Shown here one piece after another: positions 1 to 11,232 of a stretch of 64,000 bases of DNA (position 1 is its first letter; each line of letters begins with the position of its first letter). The notes under the pieces are model-generated. The model saw nothing but the letters and a program-made list of their open reading frames with translations, was not told the origin of the DNA and did not search any database. The position numbers and the translations under genes were made by a program. Source of the DNA: Macrostomum lignano. Lineage: Eukaryota. Where the stretch lies: NCBI GenBank assembly GCA_002269645.1, contig NIVC01000646.1, positions 1-64,000 on the forward strand, given 5' to 3'.

Positions 1-518
1 GCCACTCGGACACCACGACTGGATGCGGTGCAGGATCAGGAACGTCAGCAGGCTGTTCTTCACAAAGAAGAAAATGCTGGCCTCGTTCACGATCCTGTAC
101 TGGACCAGCAGGTAAAAACGAATCACCAGGAAGAGCGCGTCCTGCAGCAGCAGGTTGCACACGATGGCCCACATGTCCGTGTTCAGCACAAGACTGCCGA
201 AGCTGGTCGCTGAGGCCCACTTGCCGACGGGCGGTGAACACGAACACGAACTGGGCCATGGCGGTGGTCCAGGCCAGCAGCAGCAGGGTGATGATGCTTT
301 TGTTGGTTTCAGCGAGTCCTCCTTGAAGTATTCGTACAGTTCGAGAATGTCGCGGACATGCCAATGTAGCCAATGAGTAGAGCGGATTTCTGCTCCTTGC
401 TGATCTGCTGCCGCGGCAGCACCCAGCGGCCGATGATGAGCACCAGGAGCATCATCTCCTCCATAAGGATGCGCGTCTCCGCTTGGAAGCTGAGCCCAGT
501 CTCGAATCCGAATAGCCA
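1..518 (-). CDS. TMEM26: TMEM26-like transmembrane protein, exon 3 (continues off window; at least 3 frameshifts)
   Basis: Minus-strand pieces WLFGFETGLSFQAETRILMEEMMLLVLIIGRWVLPRQQISKEQKSALLIGYIGMSA / DILELYEYFKED / ITLLLLAWTTAMAQFVFVFTA / DMWAIVCNLLLQDALFLVIRFYLLVQYRIVNEASIFFFVKNSLL match TMEM26 motifs (LIIGRWLLP, AADI.E, LQD.PFL..RL, FF..KN.L). Acceptor cgcag at 519-521. Confidence 0.8.
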
Positions 519-527
519 CTGCGAATT

Positions 528-1074
528 GGGTCAGACATAATGGGTCAGACATAATGGGTCAGACATAATGGGTCAGACATAAATGGGTCAGACATATATG
601 GGTCAGACATAATGGGTCAGACATAATGGGTCAGACATAATCGGGTCAGACATAATGGTCAGACATAATGGGTCAGACATAATGGGTCAGACATAATGGG
701 TCAGACATAATGGGTCAGACATAATGGGTCAGAGACATAATGGGTCAGACATAATGGGTCAGACATAATGGGTCAGACATAATGGGTCAGACATAATGGG
801 TCAGACATAATGGGTCAGACATAATGTGGGTCAGACATAATGGGTCAGAGACTAATGGGTCAGACATAATGGGTCAGACATAATGGGTCAGACATAATGG
901 GTCAGACAATAATGGGTCAGACATAATGGGTCAGACATAATGGGTCAGACATAATGGGTCAGACAATAATGGGTCAGACATAAGGGTCAGACATAATGGG
1001 TCAGACATATGGGTCAGACATATTGGGTCAGACATCATTGGGTCAGACATAATGGGTCAGACATAATGGGTCAG
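528..1074. repeat. 14-bp tandem array (gggtcagacataat)n, ~39 copies, in TMEM26 intron 2
   Basis: Directly visible; scattered 1-2 nt indels; ends 9 nt from the exon 3 acceptor. Confidence 0.98.
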
Positions 1075-1083
1075 AGCGTAAGA

Positions 1084-1221
1084 CCTGCCGACTACTGGCG
1101 GGGACTGGGCGCACCCCAAGGCTAATCCTTGTGCTCTTTTACCTTGGGGTTGCGATAGGGGCCTCGCGCGCCTATTCGCGGCGCCTGCGCCCCCCGTCAG
1201 TAGTAAGTAAGTAAGTAAGTC
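1084..1221 (+). mobile_element. Possible 3' end of a truncated non-LTR retrotransposon: GC-rich hairpin plus (TAAG)n tail
   Basis: Nested inverted repeats (actactggcgggg / ccccgtcagtagt; cgcaccccaagg / ccttggggttgcg) followed by agtaagtaagtaagtaagt; no coding remnant and no TSD seen. Confidence 0.35.
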
Positions 1222-1296
1222 TTGTTTCATAAGATGTCCGATCAGGCATGTTCACAGGTAGTTCACTGACTATATATTGTCTGGTCAAAACCAACC

Positions 1297-1612
1297 CTCA
1301 CTGAGATTGCAGCCTAGTGATCAGAGTGTCGCATTCGTAACTTGAAGGTCGGGGGTTCGATTCCCGATCCTACTGGAATTTGTGTCCTTGAGCAAGACAC
1401 CTAACTCTCTGCATTGCTTCAGTTCACAGCCAGCTGTAAAATGGGTGCAGCATTAGCTGGGGTATTTGAGGGTGTCTGTGGCAACCCCTCCAGTCCTTGG
1501 ACTGAACAGCCGTACGCAGCCTTCAGATGCGCCGTGCAATAGCTGCGGCTGAGACTTGTCGTTGCACATCTGCGGCAATTGGGGCAGGTGTAATCAAATA
1601 TTGTTATTATTA
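1297..1612 (+). mobile_element. tRNA-derived SINE with CORE/Meta-like central domain
   Basis: A-box-like gcctagtgatcagag, B-box ggttcgattcc (1354-1364), then gtgtccttgagcaagacacctaactc...cagctgtaaaatgggt resembling CORE/V/Meta-SINE central domains, and a (TTA)n-like tail near 1600-1612. Confidence 0.75.
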
Positions 1613-1727
1613 TCCACTTTACTGGTCACGCGAACAAAGACGCATGTTTCACTCACTGATCACTCGACCAAGCTACCCTCACTTGTTTTATAGTCCAGTC
1701 GCTTTAAAGGCACAAACGCGATCTCAC

Positions 1728-1917
1728 CTTCTCCGGATGCGCCGATATGTTTCGCTTCTCGTGACCCGACGTGTAGGCGGCATCCTCAGACATGGCCGAG
1801 GCCAACACGGTTCTGTTCTGAATCTCCTGAATGAGCAGCGAATCGTCGACTCACTCGGCTAGCTACCCCACGCGGCGGATAACTCCCATCAGGTAGAGCA
1901 GAACGCACGGACAAATC
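1728..1917 (-). CDS. TMEM26: TMEM26-like exon 2
   Basis: Acceptor ttcag, then (W)ICPCVLLYLMGVI (cf. WF.P.VFLYL), donor AAG|gtgag. The 190-nt length keeps frame, but TAG and TGA in the middle imply compensating indels. Confidence 0.7.
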
Positions 1918-2172
1918 CTGAACGAGGAGTTAGGAGTGGTGATGGCTCCATAGCTAGCTGTTGCATGTGCTTACCTGCAGCCAGCAAGGAGTCAAGTGCG
2001 TCAAACATGCATTTCCCTTGTTCGGGACCCCTGACACGGATACACGTGCATATACGCTTGCACACTGGGTGTACAGCGGCCCTGATTCTCTAATCGTCAG
2101 GCACGCACACACTATCTTGACCCTTAGTACGCTCGTAGAGGTGAATCGCACAAGCACAACCGCATGTCTTAC

Positions 2173-2380
2173 CACTTCCATTCCTTGCCCTTGAGCACTT
2201 TCCAGGTGACGACGCCTTCAATTGGCAGCAGCGCGCAGCGGACAATGAAAATCCAGTGCAGGCTGTGCTTCTGAATTGGATTGGTCTGCAGTACGCACAG
2301 AGTACCGTGAAACATCATCATGAGCCGGGCTAGTACGGACCGGAGCACAGCCTCGCCACTTTGCCTCTGCTTGCGGCCAT
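2173..2380 (-). CDS. TMEM26: TMEM26-like exon 1 (start codon uncertain)
   Basis: EAVLRSVLARLMMMFHG...HWIFIVRCALLPIEGVVTWKVLKGKEWKW|gtaag matches the TMEM26 N-terminus. The ATG at 2380 is one base out of frame. Confidence 0.72.
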
Positions 2381-3949
2381 TCTTTGTTGGCGTGAAAGCA
2401 GTTGGGCTAAAAGTTTTTTTTCAAACCAGTTCCAAATAGCCGCGCAGTTGAAGAGATCTCCGCAAAGCTTCATTGAATCCATTCTTGCCAAGTTATATCC
2501 TCACAGAGGATTCCCGGGCCTCATCATACCAATCCCTCCAATCGGAGAGGGCCAAGAGGCAAGCTGACACCGCAACCCTCCCCAACTGGCTGAAAATGGC
2601 TTCACTACTGACAGCAGCAGTTCTGGAGACCCTCGGGTGGCAACTCTTTCCCACAAATTCCACAGAACGCTGCATTCTATTTTTTTTTAGAAATTAAAAA
2701 CGATAAATTGCAGATATTGCGGAGTGTGCCTCTTGAACCCTTGGTGGAATAACCACGAATGCTGGCAAGCCATGGCAGTGGTTTAACTATTGCCTTTGTC
2801 AGCCAAGTTAATAGTTGAGCCAACCAAGTTGAGAATTGGCATTTGGCAGCAGTGGATTTGGTATTGCCCATAGACATAGACTTTTGCCGCGTCTGGATGA
2901 CGACTGAATGCTTGAGAGGCTACTTGAGCATGTCCGGCAGTCGAGGCTTGATCAGCGAAACTCGAGAAATTCGCAACAGGGTGTCCAAAGTCACCTGGTG
3001 CCACCTGTTGAAGGTCCAGAAGCTCCGCCTGGGTGAAGGCAGTGGCCAACAAAGTCAGAGCTGATGCAGACACATGTGTGGTCCACTTGCTGATGAAATT
3101 TGGAGGCTTGGCAAGGCTGCACTGAGGCGCAGTGCTGATTGGCGCGGGTGTACTGAATACACTGGCGCTTATAGGAAAAGTCTGACCTTCAGTCAGAATC
3201 GTTGAATATCTCGACGGTCCGATGGGCCTTGATTCTTGTTTGACGGAGATGCGCAACAAGAAGTTGGCCCGGGTTTTTGAATTTCGTGTGCCCGCGTTTC
3301 TTCGTTCCGGCGCAGCAAAAAAATCGTCAGAGGGGCGGGGGATTCCATTCTAGGAGGATAGTAGGATTTACTCGTAGTTGGCATAACACCGGAGAATGGG
3401 TCAGTCAGGGAAGGAGTTGCTTATCCAGACTCTACTTTTGGACCTCCATGGCTTCCAGCTAACCGAACTACCATTACATGATTTCTCGCCTCCGTCAACA
3501 ACGGAGCATTTTTGACTCGTATTTATTTTCATCCAAACTCAAGTAATTTACTATGCAGCTGCCCCATGGGATCTGGCAGCGCTGATAGAGAAAAAATAAC
3601 TGACAGGCCCAACCCCCGCGGGAGCAGACAAGCGATTTGTCAAATAGCTATAATGACTGCGCCGGAGCCGTCGGAGAGGTCGCCCTCGTATTTTAATGAT
3701 TGATTGATGCGGCAAAATGCCAGCTGCGCGCCTGTCGTAATGGCCCTCAATAACGTTTTTTTCAAAAAAAATAAAATGCCTCAGAGTGGCTGACTTAGTG
3801 CGCATTTTGAGTTTTCCATATTGTTGTTTAGGAGGTGATCTCCGCATGTCTAAAGTCATATTACAATTGTCACTTCAGCCTCATTGTTCACTGACTTTGT
3901 TTAATTACACTGTCCTATGCCAAGACACTAACGGACCAATCCACATGTG

Positions 3950-4850
3950 AATCTCATCCACAGACACAATCTCATCCACAGACACAATCTCATCCAGGCA
4001 CAATCTCATCCACAGACACAATCTCATCCACAGACACAATCTCATCCACAGACACAATCTCATCCACAGACACAATCTCATCCACAGACACAATCTTATC
4101 CACAGACACAATCTCATCCACAGACACAATCTCATCCACAGACACAATCTTATCCACAGACACAATCTCATCCACAGACACAATCTCATCCACAATCTCA
4201 TCCACAGATACAATCTCATCCACAGACACAATCTCATCCAGGCACAATCTCATCCACAGACACAATCTCATCCACAGACACAATCTTATCCACAGACACA
4301 ATCTCATCCACAGACACAATCTCATCCAGGCACAATCTCATCCACAGACACAATCTCATCCATAGACACAATCTCATCCACAATCTCATCCTCAGATACA
4401 ATCTCATCCACAGACACAATCTCATCCAGGCACAATCTCATACACAGACACAACCCTTTCCACAGACACAATCTTTTCCACAGACACAATCTTTTCCACG
4501 GACACAATCTCATACACAGACACAATCCTTTCCACAGACACAATCTTTTCCACAGACACAATCTTTTCCTCAGACACAATCTTTTCCACAGACACAATCT
4601 CATCCAAGACACAATCTCATCCACGGACACAATCTTTTCCACAGACACAATCTTTTCCACAGACACAATCTTTTCCACGGACACAATCTCATCCACAGAC
4701 ACAATCTTTTCCACGGACACAATCTCATCCACAGACACAATCTTTTCCACGGACACAATCTCATCCACAGACACAATCTTTTCCACGGACACAATCTCAT
4801 CCACAGACACAATCTCATCCACAAACACAATCTCACTCACAGACACAATC
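3950..4850. repeat. 18-bp array (aatctcatccacagacac)n, copy 1
   Basis: Directly visible; source of the QSHPQT / STDTIS pseudo-ORFs. Confidence 0.97.
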
Positions 4851-5328
4851 GCAGAACAACCGAGCATTTTTGACTCGTATTTATTTTCATCCAAACTCAA
4901 GTAATTTACTATGCAGCTGCCCCATGGGATCTGGCAGCGCTGTTAGAGAAAAAATAACTGACAGGAGGCCAACCCCCGACCTGTCAGTTATTTTTTGCGG
5001 GAGCAGGCAAGCGATTTGTCAAATAGCTATAATGACTGCGCCGGAGCCGTCGGAGAGGTCGCCCTCGTATTTTAATGATTGATTGATGCGGCAAAATGCC
5101 AGCTGCGCGCCTGTCGTAATGGCCCTCAATAACGTTTTTTTCAAAAAAAATAAAATGCCTCAGAGTGGCTGACTTAGTGCGCATTTTGAGTTTTCCATAT
5201 TGTTGTTTAGGAGGTGATCTCCGCATGTCTAAAGTCATATTACAATTGTCACTTCAGCCTCATTGTTCATTGACTTTGTTTAATTACACTGTCCTATGCC
5301 AAGACACTAACGGACCAATCCACATGTG

Positions 5329-6022
5329 AATCTCATCCACAGACACAATCTCATCCACAGACACAATCTCATCCAGGCACAATCTCATCCACAGACACAA
5401 TCTCATCCACAGACACAATCTCATCCACAGACACAATCTCATCCACAGACACAATCTTATCCACAGACACAATCTCATCCACAGACACAATCTTATCCAC
5501 AGACACAATCTCATCCACAGACACAATCTCATCCACAATCTCATCCACAGATACAATCTCATCCACAGACACAAACTCATCCAGGCACAATCTCATCCAC
5601 AGACACAATCTCATCCACAGACACAATCTTATCCACAGACACAATCTCATCCACAGACACAATCTCATACACAGACACAACCCTTTCCACAGACACAATC
5701 TTTTCCACAGACACAATCTTTTCCTCAGACACAATCTTTTCCACAGACACAATCTCATCCAAGACACAATCTCATCCACGGACACAATCTTTTCCACAGA
5801 CACAATCTTTTCCACAGACACAATCTTTTCCTCAGACACAATATTTTCCACGGACACAATCTCATCCACAGACACAATCTTTTCCACGGACACAATCTCA
5901 TCCACAGACACAATCTTTTCCACGGACACAATCTCATCCACAGACACAATCTTTTCCACGGACACAATCTCATCCACAGACACAATCTCATCCACAAACA
6001 CAATCTCACTCACAGACACAAT
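5329..6022. repeat. 18-bp array (aatctcatccacagacac)n, copy 2
   Basis: Directly visible. Confidence 0.97.
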
Positions 6023-6402
6023 CGCAGAACAACCGAGCATTTTTAACTCGTATTTATTTTCATCCAAACTCAAGTAATTTACTATGCAGCTGCCCTATGG
6101 GATCTGGCAGCGCTGTTAGAGAAAAAATAACTGACAGGCCCAACCCCCGACCTGTCAGTTATTTTTTGCGGGAGCAGACAAGCGATTTGTCAAATAGCTA
6201 CAATGACTGCGCCGGAGCCGTCGCGGAGAGGTCGCCCTCGTATTTTAATGATTGATTGATGCGGCAAAATGCCAGTTGCGCGCCTGTCATAATGGCCCCC
6301 AATAACGTTTTTTTTCAAAAAAAATAAAATGCTTCAGAGTGGCCGACTCAAGTGCGCATTTTGAGTTTTCCATATTGTTGTTTAGGTGATCTCCGCATCT
6401 CT

Positions 6403-6503
6403 AAAGTGGAAGTCAATTGAAAGTGGAGTCAATTGAAAGTGGAAGTCAATTGAAAGTGGAAGTCAATTGAAAGTGGAAGTCAATTGAAAGTGGAAGTCAA
6501 TTG
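6403..6503. repeat. 17-bp array (aaagtggaagtcaattg) x6 at the left LTR boundary
   Basis: Six units running into the LTR terminus tgaaagtcaat. Confidence 0.95.
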
Positions 6504-6708
6504 AAAGTCAATAGCTTTAGCTCGCAGTAGCGACAAAAGTTTATTAAAGTCAACCTTAAGCAAGACCACATATTTAATAAGCATCGCAGCATTGCATTGG
6601 GGTTGGTGACAGAGAATAGGCTTGCACGAGGGGATAGAGAAAGAACAACGATGTACACAAAGTACAAATTCCACAGTCTGTAAATGATCAGTCGGTCAGA
6701 GTCCAACA
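6502..6708 (-). repeat. 3' LTR (207 bp)
   Basis: TGTTGGA...ACTTTCA on the minus strand, homologous to 10554-10739, with an AATAAA-like signal inside. Confidence 0.92.
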
Positions 6709-6722
6709 CTGCCCCCCCATCA
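6709..6722 (-). promoter_or_regulatory. Polypurine tract
   Basis: Purine-rich G-run (TGATGGGGGGGCAG on the minus strand) immediately before the 3' LTR TG. Confidence 0.8.
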
Positions 6723-6724
6723 AA

Positions 6725-8076
6725 CTAGCACTTGTAGCAGACCGGATGTCTTGGTCGGAGCTCATAGGAAGGCCCACCAGCATTCGCGCTTTCATTCTGA
6801 TGCGTCGGCTCGTCAGCTGGTGCCGGAACAACCATCTTCGATGGACCAGCTGGGGGCTGCAGATGCTCAGGCTCGCCAGTGCTGTCATCCTCCTGATTCT
6901 CTGCCTCCTGATTCTCTGGACCGTCGCTCCATTGGTTGCAGTGGGCCAGCCGCAGTCCTCCAGACGGCAAATCAGTTGGGGTCACCAGAGCAGTACTTTG
7001 GCCATGCTGAACCACGAACTCAGCCTTGACTGGTCCGGTCTCTGGGCGCATCCAAACCAGATAGCATCTCCGCCTTGCTCAGGCATTGATAGCGGATGGC
7101 GCAGCCTCCTCCCCCACATCATGATGTCTGGTGACGCTGGTCTAGATCCACTCGGCCGGCCAGTCCTCACGGTCAGGAGCAGCTTCTGCAGGAATTGTTG
7201 AAATGGAACAACTCGGTTCCAGTTTCTCAGTCCGTCCTTCAGGCTCCTTACGAGCCGTTCAGCCTGTCCGTTTGATGCCGGGTGATATGGCGGAGTGTGG
7301 ACCTCCCTGCAGCCTATCGAGTCCAGCCACTGAGACAGCCGGGTCGATTTAAACTCTGGTGCGTTGTCGGATACTAAGGTTTGCGGCACACCGTTGCGAG
7401 CAAAGACAGCTCTCAGGACTCTCATGACCGTATCCGTCGACTTGTCCGGAACCTGAATGGCTTCAGGCCAGCCTGAGTAAGCGTCCGACAGTAGCAGCAG
7501 CAGGCCGACTCCCGAGACTTCGCAATGGTCCATGTGGACGCGGCTCCATGGAGTTGTCTCCGGTGGCCATATGTCGATTTTGCGATTAGACAGCGGGTGG
7601 GACTCAGCGCATGTCCTGCACTTCTCCACATACTGTCGCACATCGCGATCCACCCCAGGCCACCAGAATTCCTTGCAGATGTGGGCCTTAGTGCTCTCAA
7701 AGCTAGGATGCACTTCATCATGAGCAGCTTCCAGAATCCGCCGACGAAGCACTGCTGGAGGTACCACTCGAGTTCCATGGATCACCAAGCCGTTATCAAT
7801 CGACAGGGAAGTTCTGCAGGCTTTGAAAGTTCGCTCAACCTGAGAACCCTGACCCCAACGCCCGGTTCGGATTCTCTGTTGCAGTCTCTTCAGCACCGAG
7901 CAGTTCAGGGTGGCTTCCCGGAGCTCCCGCTGAGTCACCAGCCCAGACGCACCGCAGTCATCGGCGCTCAACACTGAATCCGTTTGATGCGTCGCATCCT
8001 CAGCGACTTCTGCAGTATAGTTGAGCCTTGACAAGGCATCAGCATCCAGCAGCTGCTTTCCTGGAATGTATTCCAC
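6725..8076 (-). pseudogene. Gypsy integrase (H2C2 + rve core + C-terminus), frameshifted
   Basis: AHDEVH...WWPGVDRDVRQYVEKCRTC; RVHMDH, DAYSGWPEA, VSDNAPEF, PPYHPASNGQAERLV; terminal ELRPRHPVCYKC in another frame. Confidence 0.93.
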
Positions 8077-9357
8077 AGAGTAATCGAATGCAGAGTCTCG
8101 AGGCCCATCTAGTCAGCCTAGCTGAAGCTGTTTTTGACAGGCTTTTGCTCGGGTTGAAATAAATCTCAGAGGTTCATGGTCGTTTGCAAGATAAATTTTT
8201 TCCTGATCAACATTTTCTTCGCTCGCTCAACTGCTCAAACTATGGCTAGAGCTTCCCTTTCAATGTTAGAGTAATTGGCCTCCGCGGAGGTGAGCATCCT
8301 CGATAGGTACATCACCGGGTGACCTGCTTGAGTTAGAACAGCACCTACGGATTTTTCGCTATAGCATCAACTCGAAGGCAGACTGGTGCATTGATGTCAT
8401 ATGGCTTGACACACGGCTTGGAGGCAAGACATGCTTTTACTTCGGCAAAGGCAGCCTCGGCTGCCGGGCTCCAATCGAATGCACTGTCGCTCCTTCTCAG
8501 CTCATGCAATACTCGGCAGCGCTCGGAGAAGTTGGGAATCAGTCGGCCGTAGAACTGAGCGAGTCCTAGAAACTTCTCTAGGTCCTTTTTACTCTTGGGG
8601 CTGGCTACCTGTAGCACTCTCTCAACCATCCCTGGGTCTGGTTTGATGCCTTCTGCATCGATGACGTGCCCCAGAAACTTCAGGCTGCTAGCCTCCATAA
8701 CGCACTTTGTCTTGAGAAGACTGCAAGAGGACAATGTCAAAATTAACGAGTCACTTTCCCTGATCTGCTGCAGCTCTAACTCCCACCAATCAGAACATCA
8801 TCTTGATAAGTTAAAACACTCGGATGCTCACCGATCAGTTTCTCCATCTCACGCTGAAAGACTGATGGGGAAACCTTGATACCGTAGGGCAGTCTGTTGA
8901 AGCGGTAGCAGCCGAATGGGGTGTTGATGGTGGTGACCGCCTTGGACTGCTCATCCAGGAGAATCTGGTAGTAGGCGTCTGACAGATCCAGGCGACAGAA
9001 GAACTTCTTGTTGGCAACCTTCGAAAAGGCCGTCTCTATGGAGGGTGTGAGATACGTCTGGCCTTGAATCAGCTGGTTGACGGCGGTGTAGTCGCCGCAG
9101 ATTCTCACGGTCTCCCGGCCAGGCTTGGCGGTGACTACGATCGGGCTGCCCCACTCCGATGAATTCACTTTTTCAACTATTCCAGCCGCCTCCATCATGT
9201 CGAGTTCCTTCTTCACCAGCGGTTTCAATGCCATGGGAAGCTCACGGGCCGGTTGGAACACTGGCTCGGCGCTGGACTTGAGTCGGATCTCTCCAACCGC
9301 GCCCTTGATTCCAGCCAACTTCAGATATTTGTTGTTCACCTCCTCCGAATGATGCAT
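8077..9357 (-). pseudogene. Gypsy reverse transcriptase and RNase H, frameshifted
   Basis: WGSPIVV, RICGDY, LDLSDAYYQ, RLPYG, YQDD; FLGHVI, FLGLAQFYGRLIPNFS, LRVDA. Confidence 0.93.
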
Positions 9358-9368
9358 CTGCTAGCTGC

Positions 9369-10530
9369 TTAGCAGATTCCGGCCCAGGAGACCAAACTGC
9401 TGGTGACAGTCATCACCGGGAGTTCCATTGTCGAAAATATCCCGTTGTTGCCTTCAGTCTCTACCAGGCACTGCAAAAGGCCCAGCTGTCTCATCACGTG
9501 ACCATCGTATGACAGCATGCGTGACTTCGGCTTCTTGAGTGCTGGACGTCCAAAGTCGATCCAGATTTTCTTAGAGATCAATGAGCAGGAGGCGCCGCTG
9601 TCTCTCTCCATTTTCACCTGCTTACCGTTGATCTTCACAAAGCAGAAGTCAGCTGGCTTGCCTTCAGTGCAGAAAAACACAGCTTCATCCGGGTTGGCTT
9701 CGGGCTCCGTGAAGTGCGCCTTGGCGGTGCCGCGACATGCCCTGGCAAAGTGTCCCTGCTTTCCGCACTTGTGGCAATCAGCTTTCAAGGCGCGACATTC
9801 TGACACATTACGATGCTGAGCCAAGCCGCATTTTCCACACTTGCCCTTGAACTGGTGAACAGTGTGAGCCAATTGCTGCTCCAGCTCTTGTGACACTGCC
9901 TGATGCACAGCTGGCTCAGTTGATGCTCCGATGTGCTGAGCTGTAGTCGCCGATGTTGGTGTAGTGAACTCGTTGACTAATTGCAGCTGCTGAACAAACT
10001 CAGTGATCTGATCTACATTCAGCTCTTGCGCCATCTCGCGCTCCAGAACCTTGTTTCTCGTGTCCTGGCTGAATGGACGAGCGATAAGGCGCATCTTGAT
10101 CAGCTGCTCAGCCGGGTCCGCCCGCTCTTCCTTGAACTTCTCGAACTCGCAAACCATGGCCTGTTCTCGCAATCTGGCAGTAAAGCCGGCCAGTTTCTCC
10201 ATCAGCTTGTCTCATGGCCATGAACGCTGTCCTCTCGGCTATCAGAAGTCTCTTCTTAGGCTCCAGATACTTGAAAAGGCTTTTCTTGATGTCCTCCCAC
10301 CGCATTCCCGCGATCTTCTTTGGAGCCACCAGCTGTTTCACCTTCATAAGTTGACTTACGCCCAGGGATCCTAGAAATGCGTCTGTCAAGCCGAGGTTGT
10401 TCTCCTCATCTTTGACTCGTTTGGACCTCGCCTGAGCGTCGAACACTTCTACCCAGGCTCGCAGTTCGTCCGCATTCTCCAAAGGCAAATTGATCTCGTA
10501 TCTTAATATTCTGGCAGTATGCAGGCATGC
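9369..10530 (-). pseudogene. Gypsy gag (zinc knuckles) and aspartic protease, frameshifted
   Basis: CGKCGLAQHRNVSEC and CHKCGKQGHFARAC knuckles; protease DSGA motif; N-terminal gag in an adjacent frame. Confidence 0.88.
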
Positions 10531-10533
10531 GCG

Positions 10534-10551
10534 ATCCTGCTTGCGACGCCA
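10534..10551 (-). promoter_or_regulatory. Primer binding site (18 nt), candidate tRNA-Ser
   Basis: TGGCGTCGCAAGCAGGAT, 2 nt after the 5' LTR. Its complement ATCCTGCTTGCGACGCCA resembles tRNA-Ser 3' ends; the tRNA identity is an inference. Confidence 0.75.
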
Positions 10552-10553
10552 AT

Positions 10554-10739
10554 TGAAAGTCAATAGCTTTAGCTCGCAGTAGCGACAAAAGTTTATTAAA
10601 GTCAACCTTAAGCAAGACCACATATTGCATTGGGGTTGGTGACAGAGAATAGGCTTGTACGAGGGGATAGAGAAAGAGCAACGATGTACACAAAGTACAA
10701 TGTCCAGTCCGTAAATGATCAGTCAGTCAGAGTCCAACA
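10554..10739 (-). repeat. 5' LTR (186 bp)
   Basis: TGTTGGA...ACTTTCA followed by the PBS. Confidence 0.92.
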
Positions 10740-10870
10740 CATATTGTTGTTTAGGAGGTGATCTCCGCATCTCTAAAGTCATATTACAATTGTCACTTCA
10801 GCCTCATTGTTCATTGACTTTTTAATGACACTCTCCTATGCCAAGACACTAACGGACCAATCCACATGTG

Positions 10871-11232
10871 AATCTCATCCACAGACACAATCTCATCCAC
10901 AGACACAATCTCATCCAGGCGCAATCTCATCCACAGACACAATCTCATCCAGGCACAATCTCATCCACAGACACAATCTCATCCACAGACACAATCTCAT
11001 CCAGGCACAATCTCATCCACAGACACAATCTCATCCAGGCGCAATCTCATCCACAGACACAATCTCATTCACAGACACAAACTTATCCCCAGGCACAATC
11101 TCACCCACAGACACTATCTCATACACAGACACTATCTCATCCAGACACACGGAAAACCTTATCCACAGGCAGCCTTATCTCATCCACAGACACACGGAAA
11201 ACCTGATCCACAGGCAGCCTTTTCTCATCCAC
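10871..11232. repeat. 18-bp array, copy 3 (more degenerate)
   Basis: Directly visible. Confidence 0.93.

Larger units (their letters stand above)
6502..10739 (-). mobile_element. Ty3/Gypsy LTR retrotransposon (Mag/K02A2.6-like), decayed, ~4.2 kb
   Basis: TG...CA LTRs at both ends, PBS, PPT, domain order gag-PR-RT-RNase H-integrase; several frameshifts. Confidence 0.95.
3497..11232. repeat. Triplicated composite repeat: ~450-bp unique segment plus 18-bp minisatellite block. Copies 3497-4854, 4855-6027, and 6028-6407 plus 10740-11232 (split by the LTR element)
   Basis: Near-identical unique segments begin aacaac(c/g)gagcatttt at 3497, 4855 and 6028; the third resumes at 10740. Confidence 0.95.

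Noticed and set aside
1305-1375. Possible tRNA gene
   Set aside because: A and B boxes are present, but there is no proper acceptor stem and it continues into a SINE body and tail.
3905-6255. Long ORFs with QSHPQT / STDTIS / DEIVSV repeats
   Set aside because: They are translations of the 18-bp array and are open in several frames on both strands.
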